Positions 25,720 through 32,342 of a DNA stretch of 36,284 nt are shown one piece after another. A program made the translations under genes and the position numbers. Source of the stretch: Patescibacteria group bacterium (lineage in GTDB: Bacteria > Patescibacteriota > UBA1384 > CAJBMM01); the NCBI GenBank assembly GCA_041660565.1, contig JBAZWC010000001.1, forward strand, positions 136,197-172,480, given 5' to 3'. Under the pieces are notes generated by a model. That model made no database searches. It had not been told where the DNA came from and saw nothing but the letters and a program-made list of their open reading frames with translations. Within the stretch, counting starts at the first letter, position 1. Each line of letters opens with the position of its first letter.

Positions 25720-26298
25720 ATGAAGTGGCTCACAATGTTGTTCGTCATGGCGGCCGTTGTAATGGCCGCAACAATTCCTGCGTTCGCGCAGGATGATGAT
25801 CGGATCGACGGGCAGCCAAAGGCAGATCAGGTGGGGCAGACGTCCCAGCTGGTCGCGCCACCGGACCAGTCCACCCAGTCGACCGAAACCCTGAAAGGGG
25901 ACAAGGGCGACACCGGCGAGAAGGGCGATCCTGGCGCAACCGGCCCGGCCGGTCAGCCAGGTCATGAGGGCAAGATGGGACCAGCTGGTCCCACTGGTCA
26001 CCCTGGACGTCAGGGTCGTACCGGCCCTCGTGGTCGTGATGGTAAGAACGGCCACGACGGTCGCAATGGCCGGGATGCGGTCGTCAACTACGACGCAATC
26101 GTGGGTCATGTGATGGAGCTTTTGGAGAAGAAGTGGGAAAATCCCAACAACCTCCCCAAGCCGTTGAAGGATGACCACACACTGCTCCAAGTCGTCGGCA
26201 CCACCGCGATTGCGGCCCTGTACTGGAACTGGATCATCGGGATCGCGATGATCATATTCGTTGTAGTCTTTGTTGTTCATATTAAGCGCGGCTGGTAG
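25720..26298 (+). CDS. collagen-like triple-helix-repeat protein with signal peptide and C-terminal TM anchor (GC-rich cassette 3)
   Basis: GGGAGGAG Shine-Dalgarno. Signal peptide MKWLTMLFVMAAVVMAATIPAFA-Q. 20 uninterrupted G-X-Y triplets. C-terminal hydrophobic WNWIIGIAMIIFVVVFVV followed by HIKRGW. Confidence 0.75.
   Translation: MKWLTMLFVMAAVVMAATIPAFAQDDDRIDGQPKADQVGQTSQLVAPPDQSTQSTETLKGDKGDTGEKGDPGATGPAGQPGHEGKMGPAGPTGHPGRQGRTGPRGRDGKNGHDGRNGRDAVVNYDAIVGHVMELLEKKWENPNNLPKPLKDDHTLLQVVGTTAIAALYWNWIIGIAMIIFVVVFVVHIKRGW
25897..26076 (+). repeat. (G-X-Y)20 collagen-like coding repeat
   Basis: GDK GDT GEK GDP GAT GPA GQP GHE GKM GPA GPT GHP GRQ GRT GPR GRD GKN GHD GRN GRD, aa 60-119. Confidence 0.9.
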
Positions 26299-26310
26299 TG
26301 GCGCTTGAGG

Positions 26311-26340
26311 CCCCCGCGGGCAGCTGCTCGCGGGGGTTTC
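26311..26340 (+). terminator. rho-independent terminator after the collagen-like gene
   Basis: cccccgcggg-cagctg-ctcgcggggg gives a 10-bp stem followed by ttt. Confidence 0.7.
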
Positions 26341-26408
26341 GCATGTCCGAAAAAAACATTGCTATCAACAATAAAGTTGTGCCATACTTATACTATAAAG
26401 GAGTAGTT

Positions 26409-26735
26409 ATGGCCAATGTCCAAGATCTAATGGAAAAAGATATCTTTGAACTATTACATATTCCAGATTTGCCGGATGATAAAAAAACTGAAATGCTAAA
26501 CATTATTAACGAAACTATTCAAGCCAGAGTAGTTGCGCGGATTGCTGAAGCAGTATCGGAAGAAGAAGCACAACAATTTTCTGCACTCGCCGAAAAAGAT
26601 GACCAAGAAGCGATGAAAAAATTCTTAACCGATCGTCAAATCAGCTTAGAGCAACTTGCACTAGAAGAAGCGTTAAATTATCGTATTGAATTAGTCGAGA
26701 CATTAGATTTAGCTACAAATTCTAAGGAAAGTTAG
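26409..26735 (+). CDS. small helical acidic hypothetical protein
   Basis: ATG at 26409 with AAAGGAG upstream. The ORF-track start at 26298 would run through the preceding terminator. 108 aa, and the stop lies 1 nt before the ATG of the giant gene. Confidence 0.6.
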   Translation: MANVQDLMEKDIFELLHIPDLPDDKKTEMLNIINETIQARVVARIAEAVSEEEAQQFSALAEKDDQEAMKKFLTDRQISLEQLALEEALNYRIELVETLDLATNSKES

Positions 26736-26736
26736 A

Positions 26737-29700
26737 ATGCCCGAAGGTTTATCTGCCGGAGAACCGGAACCACAGCCAAAAGTTGGCTTTAGAGAAAGAC
26801 TAAAGCAGAGATTTGGCCGTACAGAATCTGTAGACAAGAATTTGTCTGTAGAAGAAATACGAGAACAGCTAAACGCTCTACGCTCAGATGTAATGATATT
26901 TGATGATGACGGCAATGAAATTACTCAAGAGCATAATCCAGCCAAAGAAGCGGAACTCAAACAAGCTTTGATTCAAGCGATACTCAAAAAGTCAAAGGAA
27001 GGCGAACTTTCACCGGAAGATAATGATGATTTGGTTAAAGACCTAGTTGAAAATGGACATCAATCTGCGATGGCCGATATTAGTGTATCCACTCATGGAT
27101 TCAGAAATTTTCAAAAAATGTTAGACGTTACCGGTCAAAAATCGATTGAAGTTGATGGTGAAGAAGTAAATCGAGAAACAAAATCGTTTATATTAAGCAA
27201 GATTGATAAATTGCCAGAATATTGGCGCCGCCAGGTTAAAAATGGAATTGTTGCTGGCACAATTTCGGCGGCAGTTATTGGATTGCTCGCGGTAACTGTT
27301 GGTGCACCTGTAGGGATAGCAGCCATATCTTTTGGTGGCGCTACACTGGCCAAGGGGGCAGCAGACAAACTATTTCGTGATCGGCTAATTCATAAAGACA
27401 AAGATGGCGATGGTAGTTTGGCGTATAAAATCGCTCAAGATCGAGCAGGCAACATCACCGAAATGATGGAGCTGGGCAAAAATTATCAAGCCGAGCTAGA
27501 CCCAAATCGCAAAGCACAGATTTTACAAGAAATTCTTGAGCGGACCAAGAAGCGTGAGAGTGAAAATCTGAAACAGTACGAATCACTTTCAAGAAAGGCG
27601 GCATGGATTGAAGGTATTTCCGGAGCCGCCGGGGCAATGGTGACTGGCGCCTTAACTCATTCGATTGTAATGGGACAAGAGGTAAAGCAGCAAATTGCGC
27701 ATTGGGCTAAAGATGGAGTGCAGATTCACGATAACCAGTTGGTAACAGATCCAAATGTTGGTCACAACGTTAAAGAAACAGCAGATGGCACGTGGCGGTT
27801 TATTCTTAAGCAAGCGGATATTGATAAAGCCAAACATTTGTTTGGGGCTCACTGGCAGCAATATCTACACGGTGCAGGACAAAACGGACCTTTTGGACAG
27901 GGAATGTCTCCGGTTGCACCGTCACATTTATTGCCCGGCCAAGAAATCTTTCATAATTCAAAATTTGCTGAAGTTGTAATTAATAGGTTAGCGGCGCACG
28001 AAGTAGTTAGCCATATTTCGACTCTTGGAACAGTCGGTGCAATCGCGGTACCAGGAGCAGCCTCTGGATTGGCTAGCGAAATGTATAATAACCCAACATC
28101 ACAAAAATCACCTCTTTCGTCACAGCATGCAGAAGCATCTTCAGATACGCCAACCGAAACAGATTCTGATATCACAGAAGATATCCCTATTGACACAGAT
28201 ACTGATGGAACTTCCGGAACCGAGCCGGTTGATACTGAACCGGAGCCTGATAAAGCCGAGCTAGATCAATCGGGGCGTAAGAATGATACAATCAAAGATT
28301 CTTTAGACCCGTCAGAGACAATAGAAGATAAAAAGGTGGATCGCTCTGACCGTCAGCAGCGCATCTCCGATAAGGCTGAAAAGATATCGCGCATTTCTAT
28401 ATCAGAAGCTGGGAGTTACTGTCAAACGGTTTATCGAGAAGCATATAAATTTGCCCGGGAGTTACAAAGGGGTGAGGGTGTTTACGACGCAGATGCACTC
28501 ACCGCTATTGGTGTAATAATGGATTTGGTTAAAAATGGCGAATCGTCAACAAAAAATAGTTTTAGATTCGCTGAAAAAGTTTTTTCTCAAAATGATGATG
28601 AGTTACGTGCTATCGCGAGTCGAATTAACGACCCGACATTATCGAATGAGAGTAGACGCAATTCTTTAAGTGATTTGGTTGAACATATCATACCTCTCAT
28701 TCAAATTTCAGATAATCAGGCAGATAGTGGCACTGTTGAAGAAAAAGAATCTATTCTTAAAGAAATTAAGAATGGTAACGAAATTGAATTGCCGGTTAAG
28801 GATAAAGATGGAAAGAACCTAATACTAAATGAACAAATTGTCGATGGGCTAAAATTTAAATTATATAATCCAAGTGCAACTCTTCTAGAAAAAACAAAAG
28901 TGATTTGGGAAAAATACAAAGATAAAGACAGAGCCAAGGTCAAAATTCATTCCAGCGTACCAAGAGAAAAGGTTTATTATTATGAACTAGTAGATCCGGA
29001 CGCGGAGCCGGCGACTGTTTCATCAGAACCTGTTGGTGGGGCGGAAAAGACTGAAAAGTCGGCTGAACCAACTAAATTGCCGGAATTTAAAATTGAAAAT
29101 CTGGAAGCTTTACACGTCAATCAAGAAATTCCGTTGACCGACACCGAGCGCCTATTTATTGAAAAAGATCCAGTAGGGAATTTTATCGTTCCTGAAATTA
29201 TGATTAATGGTAGTAGGATTGCGCTAGATGATCGCAGAAAAAACCATGTTCATCACGATAATAAAATTGTTGTAATCACAAAAATACCGGGTACAAGTGC
29301 TGGTGATTTACTTTACCACGGAGAATTAGCAGATGCTCCTCAAAAAACTTCTGAACCAATCTTATCATCTAAAGGCGAACCCGTCGTTGAGCCGGAAGAA
29401 ACGCCAAAACCAGTAGAACCAACTGAACTGCCAAAATTTGAGGCAGACAAATTTGAAGGATTGCATGTTGGTCAGCAAATTACTCTTCGTGGGAAAACTG
29501 AAAATCTGGTTGCTAAAGGCGGAGAACCGCCACTTGTGCAAGTTAATGGAACTAATATCAAAATTGACAATCCGGATAAAGTGGCAGTGCAACACGGTCA
29601 TCAGATTGTGGAAGTTACCACGGTACCCGGCAACAGTCCCGAGGATATGTATTTTCACGCCAAATTAGTTGACACGCCAAGCGTTTTATCAAAACTAGAA

Positions 29701-31491
29701 CAATCTACACCTCAGCCAGAAGTTGAACGTAAAAGAATGGAAATACATCTAAGTTTGCCAGACGTGGGTGAGATTAAAAAAGGTGATGAACTTACGATAG
29801 ACAATCCAGTTGTTAGCGATAGTTTTATTCATAATGTATTGGCGCTGCCAACTCTAGTAATCAATGGCAAGAATTGTATTTTATACGATCCTAAACACCC
29901 AGAGGACATTAAACTCGCGAGAGAATATCTGGGGAAGGAAAAAATTAAGATCAAGCTTATATCACAGGATGAAAGAACGGGTACGTTCAAATATATTTTT
30001 CTTGAGCCCGATTCGTCAACTAAAGAAAAAGTAGCGAAAAATGTCGATGATACAGCCGGAACAAACCCTGCTAATGCTGTAGAGGCGCCAGCTGGACAAA
30101 ATTTAACTCGTCATGCAGAAGGTCCAATAAAAATCGAAAGAGAGTCCAACTATACCGGACGGCAAAAAGTGGCGTTTGATCGGGTTATGGCGGTCGAAAA
30201 TATGAGCCCAGAACAAGCCAAGGATTATTATCTTAAAGTGTATCGTCAGGCGGTTAATTTTGAATCCAGTTCAGGAGTCTCAATTCCGAACGAGGATTTG
30301 TTTGCCTTCGGATTAATTTCAGACTTGATTCGTAGCACAGATGAGCCAACCACCGTAGATTTCAATGACGCGATATCTATTCGCGAAAAAGATGCGGCCA
30401 CTATCACGGATATGTCAAAGGAGATTTTAGCCACTAATGATGATCATTACCGACAAATTGGATTGTCTGAACTTGGTCGTCACATTGTCACGTTGATTCC
30501 CAATAACGAAGAACCCCCAGCCGTACCCACGCCAGCTACAGAATCAATTACCACACCAACAGAGCCTGAAGTGGGGGCGCAAGCAGCCGCACCAATTAGC
30601 TCGGCGGCAAAAAAGAGCGCAGAATCTGCCACAGTTGAATCCGAAAGCCAGCGGCTGGAAAATGAAATTGCCAAATTACCTGATGAATTTAAGAGATTTA
30701 TCGAAGGTTTACAAAGTGTTGAGGAACATATTTATAGCAAGGACACAGAATGGCTATGTTCTTCCGATGGCCTAGCACATTTAGACAGATTTGTGTACGC
30801 GCCAGCTCCGTCGCTTGGTAGAGCTATTGGTCATGATGCGTCGGAAATATCACGCTATCTAAGTGGTATTGTACAGTCTCAAGCAGAATTACATAATCAG
30901 TTAGATGCTATCGGGATGCACCCGTTTGATGCTAAGGTGGGTGATGCGTTTAATTCAGACAATTACGATTCACCAGACGAGGAATTTGTATGGATAAGTG
31001 ATGGTCAAGAACGCCATAATCACATTGCTGGCGTATCTAGAATCGGTTACAAGCTAGGTGACAAAGTTGTACGCAAGGCAAGAGTGAAACGATGGATGTA
31101 TCATGAGCCTTCACCAGGTCAATCAGCCGAGCCAACATCTACTGCCACCGAGATTACGGCAGCAAAGACTCCTGGTAGACCAGAGGATGATATAATAATT
31201 GAAGATATTGGTGATGTGACTGAGCGCTTGCAACAATATGATGCGCGTCTAAATCAAGACGATCGATATCAAAGAATGACTGAACCAGAAAAATTGTTTT
31301 GCCGAATCTATCTTGATGCTCGCGGTTTCACCGACGACAATGTGCAATACTCTCTAGACTTAAGAAATACAGACGCAGAATCATTCGATATCGCATTAGA
31401 ATATACGACTAGTATTCTTAATCGAGAGTTTAGCGACAACTTGCGTTATGAATATTATGTAACATTACGCAATTGGCTCACTAAATTATAA
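26737..31491 (+). CDS. giant (1584 aa) membrane-anchored multi-repeat hypothetical protein
   Basis: Uninterrupted ORF with AAGGAAAG upstream. Two adjacent hydrophobic helices (27243-27350). An acidic T/D/E linker, four tandem ~80-92-aa modules, three copies of a ~100-aa helical module and a GrpE-like segment. Confidence 0.85.
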   Translation: MPEGLSAGEPEPQPKVGFRERLKQRFGRTESVDKNLSVEEIREQLNALRSDVMIFDDDGNEITQEHNPAKEAELKQALIQAILKKSKEGELSPEDNDDLVKDLVENGHQSAMADISVSTHGFRNFQKMLDVTGQKSIEVDGEEVNRETKSFILSKIDKLPEYWRRQVKNGIVAGTISAAVIGLLAVTVGAPVGIAAISFGGATLAKGAADKLFRDRLIHKDKDGDGSLAYKIAQDRAGNITEMMELGKNYQAELDPNRKAQILQEILERTKKRESENLKQYESLSRKAAWIEGISGAAGAMVTGALTHSIVMGQEVKQQIAHWAKDGVQIHDNQLVTDPNVGHNVKETADGTWRFILKQADIDKAKHLFGAHWQQYLHGAGQNGPFGQGMSPVAPSHLLPGQEIFHNSKFAEVVINRLAAHEVVSHISTLGTVGAIAVPGAASGLASEMYNNPTSQKSPLSSQHAEASSDTPTETDSDITEDIPIDTDTDGTSGTEPVDTEPEPDKAELDQSGRKNDTIKDSLDPSETIEDKKVDRSDRQQRISDKAEKISRISISEAGSYCQTVYREAYKFARELQRGEGVYDADALTAIGVIMDLVKNGESSTKNSFRFAEKVFSQNDDELRAIASRINDPTLSNESRRNSLSDLVEHIIPLIQISDNQADSGTVEEKESILKEIKNGNEIELPVKDKDGKNLILNEQIVDGLKFKLYNPSATLLEKTKVIWEKYKDKDRAKVKIHSSVPREKVYYYELVDPDAEPATVSSEPVGGAEKTEKSAEPTKLPEFKIENLEALHVNQEIPLTDTERLFIEKDPVGNFIVPEIMINGSRIALDDRRKNHVHHDNKIVVITKIPGTSAGDLLYHGELADAPQKTSEPILSSKGEPVVEPEETPKPVEPTELPKFEADKFEGLHVGQQITLRGKTENLVAKGGEPPLVQVNGTNIKIDNPDKVAVQHGHQIVEVTTVPGNSPEDMYFHAKLVDTPSVLSKLEQSTPQPEVERKRMEIHLSLPDVGEIKKGDELTIDNPVVSDSFIHNVLALPTLVINGKNCILYDPKHPEDIKLAREYLGKEKIKIKLISQDERTGTFKYIFLEPDSSTKEKVAKNVDDTAGTNPANAVEAPAGQNLTRHAEGPIKIERESNYTGRQKVAFDRVMAVENMSPEQAKDYYLKVYRQAVNFESSSGVSIPNEDLFAFGLISDLIRSTDEPTTVDFNDAISIREKDAATITDMSKEILATNDDHYRQIGLSELGRHIVTLIPNNEEPPAVPTPATESITTPTEPEVGAQAAAPISSAAKKSAESATVESESQRLENEIAKLPDEFKRFIEGLQSVEEHIYSKDTEWLCSSDGLAHLDRFVYAPAPSLGRAIGHDASEISRYLSGIVQSQAELHNQLDAIGMHPFDAKVGDAFNSDNYDSPDEEFVWISDGQERHNHIAGVSRIGYKLGDKVVRKARVKRWMYHEPSPGQSAEPTSTATEITAAKTPGRPEDDIIIEDIGDVTERLQQYDARLNQDDRYQRMTEPEKLFCRIYLDARGFTDDNVQYSLDLRNTDAESFDIALEYTTSILNREFSDNLRYEYYVTLRNWLTKL
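28762..30012 (+). repeat. four tandem protein-level repeat modules inside the giant ORF
   Basis: R1 28762-29001, R2 29065-29340, R3 29416-29679, R4 29737-30012. R2 and R3 align clearly: EPTKLPEFKIENLEALHVNQEIPL versus EPTELPKFEADKFEGLHVGQQITL, and INGSRIALDD versus VNGTNIKIDN. All end in an aromatic-rich strand plus (L/E)(V/A/P)D.P or LEPD. Confidence 0.7.
30772..31095 (+). other. GrpE-like segment within the giant ORF
   Basis: LAHLDRFVYAP...LHNQLDAIGMHPFDAKVGDAFNSDNYDS...IAGVSRIGYKLGDKVVRKARVKRW resembles the GrpE C-terminal pattern (G(V/M)..I...G..F(D/N)P..H.A...........(V/I).....GY.L.(D/G)(R/K)V(L/I/V)R.A.V.V). Eye-level similarity only. Confidence 0.4.
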
Positions 31492-31535
31492 GTAATTTAT
31501 TCAGTTTATTCTGTCCAATTTAATTGCACATAATG

Positions 31536-31673
31536 TGAATCCGGAAATTATTTTCCCTGTCATCCTGAACTTGATTCAGGATCTACATAATAAGAACCAA
31601 GGACTGGATTCTTAGATCTTGTCCGGAATGACACAACCCTGAGTAAATCATCAAACTGGAATTTCCGGATTCA
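31536..31673. repeat. nested palindromic element: 14-nt perfect inverted repeat enclosing two TGTCAT-family units
   Basis: tgaatccggaaatt (31536-31549) / aatttccggattca (31660-31673). Inside are ctgtcatcctgaacttgattcaggatc (plus orientation) and gatcttgtccggaatgacaca (minus orientation). Confidence 0.75.
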
Positions 31674-31736
31674 TAGTACATATTTTTGCATTAGCCAGAT
31701 AATCTGGTTATCATTATAAGTGTATATCTATTATAT

Positions 31737-31767
31737 GGATTCCGGGTCGAGCCCGGAATGACAGGGG
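31737..31767 (-). repeat. TGTCAT-headed palindromic unit (reverse orientation)
   Basis: ggattccgggtcgagcccggaatgacagggg, with stem ttccggg / cccggaa, ending 5 nt before the ATG at 31772. Confidence 0.7.
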
Positions 31768-31771
31768 AATT

Positions 31772-31948
31772 ATGGAAATTGCTCAATTGCGCCAAGGTTT
31801 TGAAAAGGTCAATGCCCGAATTGATCGCTTACAGAAAATGTACAGTGAAGATATAAATGTAACGCTTGAGGATGTAAATAAAGTCCGCCGGTATGCCGAA
31901 AAATTAGAGAAACGGTTGGCAAAACTGGAGCTAATGCAAAATGGATAA
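31772..31948 (+). CDS. small coiled-coil hypothetical protein (58 aa, below ORF-track cutoff)
   Basis: ATG 31772 to TAA 31946-31948: MEIAQLRQGFEKVNARIDRLQKMYSEDINVTLEDVNKVRRYAEKLEKRLAKLELMQNG. It overlaps the next ATG (31941) by 8 nt. Confidence 0.45.
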   Translation: MEIAQLRQGFEKVNARIDRLQKMYSEDINVTLEDVNKVRRYAEKLEKRLAKLELMQNG

Positions 31949-32342
31949 GCCAAGAACTCTAGAAGAACCGTCACAGCCGGATGAAATAGTATCATCCGAA
32001 GTGGTTAGTAATCACGTTGCCGAAAAACCGGCTGTCGAGAAAATTACTGACGGTATTTTAGCCGAACCCGGGCAAAAACCGCCAAAAGATGAAATGGCAT
32101 CAGACGGTCCTTCTGAAATTGTGTCTGCAGAAGTGCAACCACCAACACCCAAGGCCCCCCTCGAGACTGTAACTCCCAATACATCCAATCTTCCCAATGA
32201 CCCCTATATGCTAGCAGAAGAAAAAGCAGTTCAACATGAAACATTTAAGCAAATGGAGCACGCTATTCGGGATCGTAAGACCGGGGAAGCATACGAGCTT
32301 GACCAAGCAGTAATCGCAATGCGTCAAGAAGCGGAAAAATAA
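31941..32342 (+). CDS. Pro/Glu-rich, probably disordered hypothetical protein
   Basis: 133 aa. The stop overlaps the ATG of the ATPase gene (TAATG). Confidence 0.5.
   Translation: MDKPRTLEEPSQPDEIVSSEVVSNHVAEKPAVEKITDGILAEPGQKPPKDEMASDGPSEIVSAEVQPPTPKAPLETVTPNTSNLPNDPYMLAEEKAVQHETFKQMEHAIRDRKTGEAYELDQAVIAMRQEAEK

Noticed and set aside
25639-26280. A 213-aa minus-strand ORF opposite the collagen-like gene.
   Set aside because: It is the mirror frame of a GC-rich G-X-Y repeat. It has no SD and no recognisable features. The plus-strand ORF has a promoter, SD, signal peptide, perfect triplet periodicity, a TM anchor and a terminator.
26298-26408. Longer N-terminal extensions given by the ORF track (26298 for the small helical protein, 34821 for the 3-TM protein, 12562, 14659, 18236, 20900, 22047, 10225).
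   Set aside because: Each extension runs through a terminator, a promoter or the preceding gene, uses a non-ATG start or lacks an SD. In each case an internal ATG with a good SD is available.
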